Assembly (NCBI RefSeq): GCF_964194025.1
Contig: NC_134470.1
Location: 13,268,001-13,332,000 of the forward strand
DNA: 64,000 bases
Direction: 5' to 3'
Source: Convolutriloba macropyga
Lineage: Eukaryota
In this document: positions 26,801 through 39,781 of the stretch, piece by piece
Position numbering within the stretch: the first letter of the stretch is position 1
Layout of the letters: the number at the start of each line of letters is the position of its first letter
Notes under the pieces: generated by a model
The model's input: the letters and a program-made list of their open reading frames with translations, nothing else
Databases searched by the model: none
Told to the model about the DNA's origin: nothing
Translations under genes and position numbers: made by a program

Positions 26801-29800
26801 TTCGTAGTTGAACATACTTCTGTTTCTTAGAGAGAGGCTACAGGGGCTACTATCCATACCAATAGGCATTAGAAATGGTAACTAAGGCTTACAGGAACGT
26901 CGTTCAAATAGCGGGCATCTAAAATTGGGCTTTATGGGTTTATCCCGTTTCTCTTTCTGACTTCAATTTTTTTTACTGAATCTGTTCATTTTGAATTGCT
27001 TTGCTGAGCAACTGAAGTTCAAATTCACTTTTAGCAGAATGAGAAAAGAAAGAAACTAGCCTAGAGAAGTCAAAAAGATTTCACGCAAAATATCGAAAAA
27101 GCGGCAAAAGGGTAAAGCGAAAAAAAGTTCGACGAAGTAAAAAAAACATAGCAGGACAAGTCCTGACGTACAATTCAAAGAATTTTCAATGACTTAACAG
27201 AAAAACTAGACCTAGAATGGATTATGAGTGAATTAAGAAAACCATTTTAAAAAAATCAGATAAAAAATAAGAAAAAAAAACAGAAAATCAATGTCAAAAT
27301 GCCGCATGTGAACAAAAAAACCACTAGCGAGAAACCAAATTTTTGTTCAAACACCGTTTTCTCACTCTACTTTAAAATTAGAGCGAAAAAAATTCACTCC
27401 GCAAAACCACTTGTTTTTTCGCCCAATTTCCTGTTTCGGCGTGACCAAAATCACTACTCAAAATCACTTCAAAAATCATGAAAATGAGTGAACAGATCTT
27501 AAAAAAAAGACAGCGCCTCAATACAATTCAAATTCTTTGAATTGTAAAAAAAAATAGAAGCAATATAATAGCCGGCTGAGAAGATGAGGGAGCCTTTTTA
27601 ATAACTAAAACAAAATTAATCAAAGAGGTCTCTTGAAAAAAAAAATCATTTAAATGACAGATAATTAAACATAGCTGGAAGAAACGGGTATTTCGACCCA
27701 AATAAGCAGAAAATAGAAATTATGGCAATCGAAAAGAGAGAATCTCTAGATGGAACTTACTGTTTCCTCATTTTTCAATAAAAAAATCTAACTGAATGAA
27801 AACTATATATAAAAACAGATATTCAACAAAAGAAAAATGAATTTTTTGACATTTTTTCAGGAAGCATTTTGACATTTGTAAATTATCGTTGGACATTTTT
27901 TATCGTTACATATAAATCTGCAGGCTATTATGTTTTATAAAACACCATTCTGTCCACAATGAGGGATTTGCCCAATTTCATTTTTCGGACTTCAAACATT
28001 GAAGATAAACTAAATACAGCAAACAAAAACAAATTTGTTCAAAAAATTAAACGAAGCAGAAAGATTCATTTAGTCTAGACCACACACACACGCACACACA
28101 CACACAAAGTTTATCAGTACTCTAACAAAACATAACATAGCTCTAATTCATTTACCATCCTCTAAGATGAATACTTTAAGAGTACAGAAAAATATAACAC
28201 TTTTTGCATCAAAACTTGGTTAGATATAAGTATAATTCTTCTTCAAATAATACTTTGTGTAGTGATATCGTTAACATTCGCTGCTCAATTTGGCTTTTCG
28301 TGGCTGTTCGCTGCTTCCCTGGAAAAACAACAGCGCATTAGATCTGTATAATCAGTGACGACTAATCATTTCCATAAATTTTGCAAACAACGATTTGCTT
28401 ACCAACGGTGATGGAAAATTCATAATTACAAAGCAAATTAAAATGGGTTTTATTGTAACGCTCCAATCAATTTAGCTAGTCATAAATTTTGCCCTCCACG
28501 TATTATAAGTTGACTTTGTAAAATGCTCAAAATTAATACCAATTGTATTTTTCGGTCTTAAGCGGCCTCTATTGCAGCAGTTAGTCTAGACCTGATGTTT
28601 CTCAAATCAAGCTTCCAAATTCGAGATTTGAACAGCTAGAAGTTTTTCAGGAAAAAAGACCGACTAACAAAGGGGAAAACTAGGGGGTTCAAGCAGTTGA
28701 GATGGGTGTGTTGGGACGGCTGCACGAAAGTGTGGTCCAAATCAGCCAGTTGGAGGAGGGTAGACGGGGGAGAGTTGAGAGAGGGGGCAACTGAGGGGGC
28801 CAAATTTTGAATATCAAGACTAAATTATCTCCTCAAAACAGAATCCGAGAGTCGAATACTTAGGGACTAGTAAGACGTCAGGTATTAAGAAAACTGCACA
28901 AGCGGAAGTCATTTTTTGTTCATCCTCTTTTTGAGGTGAAAAGTAAAAAGATCAGACGAAAAACTGTTCAAGCGAACACTTGCATAAATAAGACCACAGG
29001 ACTAATATAATTGCTACGAACTTTTCCCATAATAAAAGTTTTAAATCAGTTCTCCAGTGCGCTCTTAAACTTCGTGGTTTAAAAAAACTTGGCTTAGCAG
29101 AGCAATTTTCTTCAACTGTTTTCCTCGGAATCTAATCTAAAAAAATGGTAAAATGGTAAAGCGAAAAAAAGTTTGACGAAGTAAAAAAACATAGCAGAAC
29201 AAGTCCTGACGTACAATTCAAAGAATTTTCAATGACTAAACAGAAAAACTAGACTTAGAATGGACAATGAGTGAATTAAGAAAACCATTTAAAAAACTCA
29301 GATAAAAAAATAAAAAAAAAACAGAAAATCAATGTCAAAATGCCGCATGTGAAAAAAGAAACCACTAGCGAGAAACCGAATTTTTGTTCAAACACCGATT
29401 TCTCACTCTACTTTAAAATTAGAGTGAAAAAAATTCACGCCGCAAAACCACTCGCTTTTTCGCTCCATTTCCTGTTTCGGCGTGATCAAAACCACTACTC
29501 CAATTTGACTTCACAAATCATGCAAATGTGAGAACAGATCTTAAAAAAAGACAGCGCCCCAATACAATTCAAATTCTTTGAATTGTAAAAAAAATAGACG
29601 CCCTATAATAGCCGGCTGAGAAGATGAGGGCGGCTATTAATAACTAAAACAATATTAATCAAAGGTCTCTTGAAAAAAATCATTGAAATTACAGATAATT
29701 AAGCATAGCTGGAAGAAACGGGTATTTTGACCCAAATATGCAAAAAATAGAAATTATGGCAATCGAAAAGAGAGAATCTCTAGATGGAACTTACTGTTTC

Positions 29801-32800
29801 CTCATTTTTCAAAAAAAAATCTAACTGAATGAAAACTATATATAAAAACAGATATTCAACAAAAGAAAAATGAATTTTTTGACATTTTGTCAGGAAGCAT
29901 TTGACAATTGTAAATTATCGTTTGACATTTTTTATCGTTATATATATATATATATATATCTGCAGAGTTGAGAGATGGGGCAACTGAGGGGGCCAAATTT
30001 TGAATATCAAGACTAAATTATCTCCTCAAAACAGAATCCGAGAGTCGAATACTTAGGGACTAGTAAGACGTCAGGTATTAAGAAAACTGCACAAGCGTAA
30101 GTCCTTTTTTGTTCATCCTGTTTTTGAGGTCGAAAAGTAAAAAGATCAGACGAAAAACTGTTCAAGCGAACACTTGCATAAATAAGACCACAGGACTAAT
30201 ATAATTGCTACGAACTTTTCCCATAATAAAAGTTTTAAATCAGTTCTCCAGTGCGTTCTTAAACTTCGTGGTTTAAAAAAACTGGGCTTAGCAGAGCAAT
30301 TTTCTTCAACTGTTTTCCTCGGAATCTATTCTAAAAAAATGGTAAAATTGTAAAGCGAAAAAAAGTTTGACGAAGTAAAAAAAAAACATAGCAGAACAAG
30401 TCCTGACGTACAATTCAAAGAATTTTCAATGACTAAACAGAAAAACTAGACCTAGAATGGACAATGAGTGAATTAAGAAAACCATTTAAAAAACTCAGAT
30501 AAAAAAAACAGAAAATCAATGTCAACATGCCGCATGTGAAAAAAGAAACCACTAGCGCGAAACCGAATTTTTGTTCAAACACCGATTTCTCACTCTACTT
30601 TAAAATTAGAGTGAAAAATATTCACGCCGCAAAACCACTCGCTTTTTCGCTCCATTTCCTGTTTCGGCGTGATCAAAATCACTACTCCAATTTGACTTCA
30701 CAAATCATGCAAATGTGAGAACAGATCTTAAAAAAAGACAGCGCCCCAATACAATTCAAATTCTTTGAATTGTAAAAAAAATAGACGCCCTATAATAGCC
30801 GGCTGAGAAGATGAGGGCGGCTATTAATAACTAAAACAATATTAATCAAAGGTCTCTTGAAAAAAATCATTGAAATTACAGATAATTAAACATAGCTGGA
30901 AGAAACGGGTATTTTGACACAAATATGCAAAAAATAGAAATTATGGCAATCGAAAAGAGAGAATCTCTAGATGGAACTTACTGTTTCCTCATTTTTCAAA
31001 AAAAAATCTAACTGAATGAAAACTATATATAAAAACAGATATTCAACAAAAGAAAAATGAATTTTTTGACATTATGTCAGGAAGCATTTGACAATTGTAA
31101 ATTATCGTTTGACATTTTTTATCGTTATATATATATATATCTGCAGAGTTGAGAGATGGGGCAACTGAGGGGGCCAAATTTTGAATATCAAGACTAAATT
31201 ATCTCCTCAAAACAGAATCCGAGAGTCGAATACTTAGGGACTAGTAAGACGTCAGGTATTAAGAAAACTGCACAAGCGGAAGTCATTTTTTGTTCATCCT
31301 CTTTTTGAGGTGAAAAGTAAAAAGATCAGACGAAAAACTGTTCAAGCGAACACTTGCATAAATAAGACCACAGGACTAATGTAATTGCTACGAACTTTTC
31401 CCATAATAAAAGTTTTAAATCAGTTCTCCAGTGCGTTCTTAAACTTCGTGGTTTAAAAAAACTTGGCTTAGCAGAGCAAGTTTCTTCTAAAAAATCTAAA
31501 AAAATGGTAAAATGGTAAAGCGGAAAAAAGTTCGACGAAGTAAAAAAAACATAGCAGGACAAGTCCTGACGTATAATTCAAAGAGTTTTCAATGACTAAA
31601 CAGATAAACTAGACCTAGAATGGACTATAAGTGAATTAAGAAAACCATTTTAAAAAAATCAGATAAAAAATCAGACAAAAAAAAACAGAAAATCGATGTC
31701 AAAATGCCGCATGTGAACAAAGAAATCACTAGCGAGAAACCGAATTTTTGTTCAAACACCGTTTTCTCACTCTACTTTAAAATTAGAGCGAAAAAATTCA
31801 CGCCGCAAAACCACTCGCTTTTTCGCTCCATTTCCTGTTTCGGCGTGACCAAAATCACTACTCCAATTTGACTTCAAAAATCATGAAAATGTGTGAACAG
31901 ATCTTAAAAAAAAAGACAGCGCCCCAATACAATTCAAATTCTTTGAATTGTAAAAAAAGAAGCGCTATAATAGCCGGCTGAGAAGATGAGGGCGGCTATT
32001 AATAACTAAAACAAAATTAATCAAAGAGGTCTCTTGAAAAAAATCATTTAAATTACAGATAATTAAACATAGCTGGAAGAAACAGGTATTTCGACCCAAA
32101 TATTCAGAAAATAGAAATTATGGCAATCGAAAAGAGAGAATCTCTAGATGGAACTTACTGTTTCCTCATTTTTCAAAAAAAATCTAACTGAATGAAAACT
32201 ATATATAAAAACAGACTTTCAACAAAAGAAAAATGAATTTTTTGACATTTTTTCAGGAAGCATTTTGACATTTGTAAATTATCGTTTGACATTTTTTATC
32301 GTTACATATATATCTGCTGGCTATTATGTTTTAAAAACACCACAAGGAGGGATTTGCTTAATTTCATCTTCCGGCCTTCAAACATTGAAGATAAACTAAA
32401 TACAGCGAACAAAAACAAATTTGTTCAAAAAATTATACGAAGCAGAAAGCTTCATTTAGTCTACACCACACACACACGCACACACACAGACATACACAGA
32501 CCACACACACACAATGTTTATCAGTATTCTAACAAAACATAACATAGCTCTAATTCATTTACCATCCTCTAAGATGAATACTTTAAGAGTACAGAAAAAA
32601 ATAATACTTTTTGCATCAAAACTTGGTTAGATATAAGAATAAATCTTCTTCATGTAATACTTTGTGTAGTGATATCGTTAACTTTCGCTGCTCAATTTGG
32701 CTTTTCGTGGCTGTTCGCTGCTTCCCTGGAAAAACAACAGCGGATTAGATCTGTATAATCAGTGACGACTAATCATTTCCATACATTTTGCAAACAACGA

Positions 32801-35800
32801 TTTGCTTACCAACGGTGATAGAAATTTCACAATTACAAAGCAAATTAAAATGGGTTTTATTGTAACGCTCCAATCAATTTAGCTAGTCATAAATTCCCCC
32901 CCCCCCCCACGTATTATAAGTTGACTTAGTAAAATGCTCAAAATTAATATCAATTGTATTTTTCGGTCTTAAGCGGCCTCTATATCAGCAGTTAGTCTAG
33001 ACCTGATGTTTCTCAAATCAAGCTTCCAAATTCGAACTCTGAACAACTAGAAGTTTTTCAGGAAAACAGACCCGACTAACAAAGGGGAAAACTAAGGGGT
33101 TCAAGCAGTTGAGATGGGGTTGTTGGGAGGGTTGCACGAAAGTGTGGTCCAAATCAGCCAGTTGGAGGAGGGTGGACTGGGGAGAGTTGAGAGATGGGGC
33201 AACTGAGGGGGCCAAATTTTGAATATCAAGACTAAATTATCTCCTCAAAACAGTTTCCGAGAGTCGAACACTTAGGGACTAGTAAGACGTCAGGTATTAA
33301 GAAAACTGCACAAGCGTAAGTCATTTTTTGTTCATCCTGTTTTTGAGGTCGAAAAGTAAAAAGATCAGACGAAAAACTGTTCAAGCGAACACTTGCATAA
33401 ATAAGACCACAGGACTAATATAATTGCTACGAACTTTTCCCATAATAAAAGTTTTAAATGAGTTCTCCAGTGCGTTCTTAAACTTCGTGGTTTAAAAAAA
33501 CTTGGCTTAGCAGAGCAATTTTTTTCTAAAAAAATCTAAAAAAATGGTAAAATGGTAAAGCGGAAAAAAGTTCGACGAAGTAAAAAAAACATAGCAGGAC
33601 AAGTCCTGACGTATAATTCAAAGAATTTTCAATGAATAAACAGATAAACTAGACCTAGAATGGACTATAAGTGAATTAAGAAAACCATTTTAAAAAAATC
33701 AGATAAAAAATCAGACAAAAAAAACAGAAAATCGATGTCAAAATGCCGCATGTGAACAAAGAAATCACTAGCGAGAAACCGAATTTTTGTTCAAACACCG
33801 TTTTCTCACTCTACTTTAAAATTAGAGCGAAAAAAATTCACGCCGCAAAACCACTCGCTTTTTCGCTCCATTTCCTGTTTCGGCGTGACCAAAATCACTA
33901 CTCCAATTTGACTTCAAAAATCATGAAAATGTGTGAACAGATCTTAAAAAAAAGACAGCGCCCCAATACAATTCAAACTCTTTGAATTGTAAAAAAAGAA
34001 GCGCTATAATAGCCGGCTGAGAAGATGAGGGCGGCTATTAATAACTAAAACAAAATTAATCAAAGAGGTCTCTTGAAAAAAATCATTTAAATTACAGATA
34101 ATTAAACATAGCTGGAAGAAACAGGTATTTCGACCCAAATATGCAGAAAATAGAAATTATGGCAATCGAAAAGAGAGAATCTCTAGATGGAACTTACTGC
34201 TTCCTCATTTTTCAAAAAAAATCTAACTGAATGAAAACTATATATAAAAACAGACTTTCAACAAAAGAAAAAAAGAACTTTTTGACATTTTTTCAGGAAG
34301 CATTTTGACATTTGTAAATTATCGTTTGACATTTTTTATCGTTATATATATATATATATATATATCTGCAGAGTTGAGAGATGGGGCAACTGAGGGGGCG
34401 AAATTTTGAATATCAAGACTAAATTATCTCCTCAAAACAGAATCCGAGAGTCGAATACTTAGGGACTAGTAAGACGTCAGGTATTAAGAAAACTGCACAA
34501 GCGTAAGTCATTTTTTGTTCATCCTGTTTTTGAGGTCGAAAAGTAAAAAGATCAGACGAAAAACTGTCCAAGCGAACACTTGCATAAATAAGACCACAGG
34601 ACTAATATAATTGCTACGAACTTTTCCCATAATAAAAGTTTTAAATCAGTTCTCCAGTGCGTTCTTAAACTTCGTGGTTTAAAAAAACTTGGCTTAGCAG
34701 AGCAAGTTTCTTCTAAAAAATCTAAAAAAAATGGTAAAATGGTAAAGCGGAAAAAAGTTCGACGAAGTAAAAAAAACATAGCAGGACAAGTCCTGACGTA
34801 TAATTCAAAGAATTTTCAATGACTAAACAGATAAACTAGACCTAGAATGGACTATAAGTGAATTAAGAAAACCATTTTAAAAAAATCAGATAAAAAATCA
34901 GACAAAAAAAACAGAAAATCGATGTCAAAATGCCGCATGTGAACAAAGAAATCACTAGCGAGAAACCGAATTTTTGTTCAAACACCGTTTTCTCACTCTA
35001 CTTTAAAATTAGAGCGAAAAAAATTCACGCCGCAAAACCACTCGCTTTTTCGCTCCATTTCCTGTTTCGGCGTGACCAAAATCACTACTCCAATTTGACT
35101 TCAAAAATCATGAAAATGTGTGAACAGATCTTAAAAAAAAGACAGCGCCCCAATACAATTCAAACTCTTTGAATTGTAAAAAAAGAAGCGCTATAATAGC
35201 CGGCTGAGAAGATGAGGGCGGCTATTAATAACTAAAACAAAATTAATCAAAGAGGTCTCTTGAAAAAAATCATTTAAATTACAGATAATTAAACATAGCT
35301 GGAAGAAACAGGTATTTCGACCCAGCGCATTAGATCTGTATAATCAGTGACGACTAATCATTTCCATAAATTTTGCAAACAACGATTTGCTTACCAACGG
35401 TGATGGAAAATTCATAATTACAAAGCAAATTAAAATGGGTTTTAATGTAACGCTCCAATCAATTTAGCTAGTCATAAATTTTCCCCTCCACGTATTATAA
35501 GTTGACTTAGTAAAATGCTCAAAATTAATACCAATTGTATTTTTCGGTCTTAAGCGGCCTCTATTGCAGCAGTTAGTGTAGACCTGATGTTTCTCAAATC
35601 AAGCTTCCAAATTCGAACTCTGAACAACTAGAAGTTTTTCAGGAAAACAGACCCGACTAACAAAGGGGAAAACTAAGGGGTTCAAGCAGTTGAGATGGGG
35701 GTGTTGGGAGGGCTGCACGAAAGTGTGGTCCAAATTTTGAATATCAAGACTAAATTATCTCCTCAAAACAGTTTCCGAGAGTCGAATACTTAGGGACTAG

Positions 35801-38800
35801 TAAGACGTCAGGTAATAAGAAAACTGAGGACTTTTTGAGGACGAAAAGAAAAAGGATCAGACGAAAAACTGTTCAAGCGAACACGTGCATAAAAAAAACC
35901 ACAGGACTAATATAATTGCTACAAACTTTTCCCATAATAAAAGTTTGAAATCAGTACTCCAGTGCGCTCTTAAACTTCGTGGTTTAAAAAATCTTGGCTT
36001 AGCAGACCAATTTTCTTCAACCGTTTTCCTCGGAATCTAATTTAAAAAAAACTGGTTCTTTGAGAAGTCACTCCCATTGACGTACTTGGATAGGTGGTTA
36101 TCGAAATATTTTGATAACTACTTTTGATGTCTCATTGATCAGTGCCGGGTTTTATTTCAGCCCGTCATTGCCTCGTCTCAACTCTGCCCGGTACACAAAT
36201 CAATTTGTACATACAAAAGATTGATAACTAAGAATTCATTGTTACCTTGCCCCGACAATATTCGTTTAAGTGTCAAGTAGCACGCCAAAGTAGAATTTGT
36301 CTTCAATCCCATATGTTTCCACACTTGAGCTAACAAGTAGAGAGATGTTGTGTGCAAACTCTCAAATGACTGAGTCAATTTTTCAACACTTTCCGGTCCG
36401 CTTTGTGGTCGAAGCACGTGATCAAATGAGGAAGGCGGCTGATCAAGTCCTTTCTCACGGGACCAGGATTTGAACAATCCGCAGGCCAATTTGAGGCAGT
36501 CGCGAGCTTCTTCATATTGATGTTCGCTTTCTGTTCTGGACTTCAACACTGCTTTTTGGTTGAGGCAACAAATATGTAAAGATGTTTTCAACTGTTCTTC
36601 AGAAATTTTCTCAACTGTTGCTAGAGATTCATCAATAGATTCCATTGCCTAAAGTCATCACATAAGGAAGCAATATGAAGACGGGAGAGTTGAAATGAAA
36701 CACGAAAACGACTACAAATATTTAGCGCAACACGCTGATTTACTATATTTTGTGACGCCGAAATCATTTTTAGGGCGGCACAAAAAGTGAATCCTTCCAT
36801 CAAATAACGGAAGGTCCTGCAGAAGGGATTTCAATAGCGACTGTGAAAAAACTGGAGAAAACAAATGTTTACCTTTGCAAAGATGTAGATAGTTATTCGA
36901 AAAAATGTTCCTAATTCTAAATCTCGGCAGCTTTTTGGCTTAAAAGTCTACTTGCGCAGACCAGTACAAATCGTTCTCCAGCACAAATTGAAACTTCAGC
37001 ATACAACTCAGTCAAAATGACATTCGAATTAATGATCTAAGTTAAAGAGGTGATCTGAGAGTTAAAAAAAAACAATTTAAGATTCTTACTTGGGAGAACT
37101 CTTCCGTTTCGAAGTAGTTGAGACTTAAGTAGTACTGCACCAAGGCAAGAGCCACATTCACTCTAGCTGCACTTTCATCTTCACTGCCTTCCTCCGTAAG
37201 ATTGATATCTCCTATAGCCGCAACACACTCGCTCTCCGCATCTGATAATGACACACCACGGATTACTTTTACTACTACATTATATCGCAGCTTCCATACA
37301 CCCTCCACAAAGTGAATTGAAACCAAATAAAAAAGCACTAAAATGCACTGTATAATTGAGACATTAACTTTTAAAATACTACAGTGCACTCAATGCCTAA
37401 ACTTATTGACACGTTTTTTCGACAAAACATGAAGCAATTTCGTTCAATTCATCTACCTTTATTTGCTTTACAAATGACAACATTATTGCAGATAGTGAGC
37501 AACAATCGGGCTGTCAAAATAGTGGCACTATTTATTACAAAAACTTTCAATTCTTAAGATTGAATGGAAATGATCTGATCATTAGCTAAACTACAACTTC
37601 TATCAAAACAACAAAATCTTCTTGCTAAAATTGGACTAAGGGTTCTGCAAAAACTTCATTAACAAAAGCTATCACTCAGCGTGAACAAATAAATTCATTC
37701 AAAGCAACAACAATAAGTATGGCGATTTTCTCACATTTGCCTCTATGGTAAAAGAGCGAGTGTGTTGCGGCTATAGGAGATATCAATCTAACGCAGGAAG
37801 GCAGTGAAGATGAAAGTGCAGCTAGAGTGAATGTGGCTCTTGCATTGGTGCAGTATTACTTAAGTCTCAACTACTTCGAAACGGAAGAGTTCTCCCAAGT
37901 AAGCAAACAAACAAAGTCCTCAAAAAACAACAGAACACTGACAAGGGTTTCACGCAAAACTCAGAAAGCCAAAGAAAAACGTCAAGTGGGAGGTCAAAAA
38001 TGTCAAGCAGACATTTTGCATAGCTTTCAATTTCGTTCGGGAGCAATTAAGCAGTTTTCGTACAAGCATTCTTAGCTGGAATAAAGGCTGGAGCATAATT
38101 AGTTGGACTCCATCTCTGTTGGTGGGTTCAATAATTCTACCAACTTAACCAAAGGAAAGCAGTTGCAGTTGTAGGAGAAACTATTGCACTTGTAGGAGCG
38201 GCTCTAACGCCAAGTATTTTTTTGATACCCTTGGTTGCTCTAAATTTAGCAGAAAAAAACTTAAAGAGCAATTTTAATGTTGGTAAAATTCGGCCATTTA
38301 GTAGGCGAATTTGCGCTGAGCTAATTTAACTTCCAAGCAAAATCCATTTGTAATTCAAAGCTAACTTGACGCTTTCTGATATTAAACTATAAAAGTAGGA
38401 ATTTTCGTTGTGTTACATTTTGATGTTTATTTATACTCAGAGAGAGGAATTAACTCTCTCTCTCTCTCCCCTCTCCCTCTCTCTATCGCTCTATTGCAAA
38501 AAAGATTGTGAAAGAGCGATATAGATCACGTTCAAATCAACATCTATCAAAAAGTAGTGAAACGGACCAGATGAAAACCCGTATCATAATAAAATGATAC
38601 AAAATATCATACAGAATTGAATTATTGATCGTTCACGATCTAATGTATAGAGAAATTTGACCAAACAAAATTACAGGACATCGCAGCGCACGAGACAAAT
38701 CGAATCAATTTCTTACCAGCAGTTTGAGAACAATTTCCCGTAGCTAAGAAACTCAGCTAACAATATTCCCACCTTCCCACCAAGAAGCTGAGATTTTCTC

Positions 38801-39781
38801 ACCGCAATGTCATACCATCTGCATTTTTTCATTTATTGTGAAAAACTTTTTCGAACAAAAGCTGATTTAAAGTAACATTGACGTCACAGTTCATACCAAA
38901 ACAGTTGTCCAAATGCAATAAAACCAGAGCAGGCCAAAAAAAGCACACTCAGCTATCTTGTAAATTTTTCCTTTAGCTTCTTGTACATATTTACCTCATT
39001 CTACAATGTCGTAAGATAAGATGCTGAAAAACTTTCTTTAAAACCCAAGAAAACAATTAATTCTTTTCCGCTTTATCTCCTTGGGGATACAATGGTCAAA
39101 GTTTTAAAGGCAACATACAATAATTTAGGGCTTCTACCCATTCAATTAATTTTGACTATCTTATGGTGGTGCTGAAATCCGGCGTAAGAGAACGAAGCTA
39201 TTCAGTTTGCTTCATTGTCCCCAGTATTCGCGGTGTTAAAACTTGGTAATATATTGTGTTCGTTTGGCCAGATATACCAAGGCCACCTTTTGCCAACAGT
39301 TCGTCTGTACCAGTTTAAAACTATTGTAAGATTTAAATTGTATGCTACCGAGAAAACAGAACTTTCTCGAACTTTTATTGGTACATGGAAATCAATATTT
39401 TTATTTAGTTTGTTCGAAGTTGATAGTTTATTATTGCAAGAGCTCTGCCGGCACAAATCAGATGCACGGAATATGTCAACTGAAGCTATAAAACAAAAAT
39501 TAGGCTACCAAAAGTTCTTGATTCGTTTTTGAGCTGGGGCCAGCTTGCTAAATATATACTATTTCGAAAAATAGGTGAAAAACTGAATACTCACCTTCAT
39601 CAGATACCTTTTCTGCAGCTGTTGCACCAGTGAGTCTAAGTTTCAACTCACTCAACAACTTGTTAGCTTCATATCTCGATCTGAACGGCTCTGTCTCAGG
39701 ATCATTTTCGGAGCTTTCAATCAATAGCAGAACTTGTTCAAACTTCTCCTTACAATCGTCAAGGAGGTCTTTCAAATTCAT
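20852..39781 (-). CDS. KIFBP: KIF-binding protein (KBP/KIAA1279), ~631 aa
   Basis: Exons 39781-39595, 37241-37090, 36648-36246, 26542-26217, 22419-22123, 21382-20852; GT-AG, phases consistent. Motifs DPETEPFRSRYEA, DWSLNCATLSQ, FEEAREVF, DHSQLFKNLA.FE, ICRQLQFELGE and AKFYMARL match the KBP family. Confidence 0.9.
23745..24827 (-). mobile_element. Family A HINE-like element with a second family A copy (24235 to about 24776) nested in it
   Basis: Two ~490-bp A bodies in tandem are followed by two copies of the terminal module (24731-24775 and 24783-24827). The inner copy lacks family B, so it shows the empty site at about 24712-24730. Confidence 0.75.
25057..26046 (-). mobile_element. Further HINE-like element
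   Basis: Starts aaacatagccggaagaattccgg (hairpin) and ends taatagccg...gcggctattaa. Whether both ends belong to the same copy is uncertain. Confidence 0.5.
26661..36050. repeat. Composite tandem array of HINE-like modules filling KBP intron 3
   Basis: The same anchor (ATGCCGCATGTG) occurs at 27299, 29340, 30527, 31704, 33743 and 34930, giving periods 2041, 1187, 1177, 2039, 1187. Long units contain a CA microsatellite block; short units have a (TA)n junction instead. Confidence 0.9.
37753..37903 (+). repeat. Inverted duplicate of KBP exon 2 (partner 37085-37235)
   Basis: 151-bp reverse-complement match with 4 mismatches. It includes the GTAAG donor and lacks the acceptor. Confidence 0.9.

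Noticed and set aside
27299-35172. Repeated 60-80 aa ORFs MPHVNK...[11 protein letters not shown]
   Set aside because: They are incidental frames in family B copies; frames and stops differ among copies (cf. 14522, 45824, 49061).
37827-38075. Plus-strand ORF identical to part of KBP
   Set aside because: It is the inverted exon copy without an acceptor or true start, not a separate gene.
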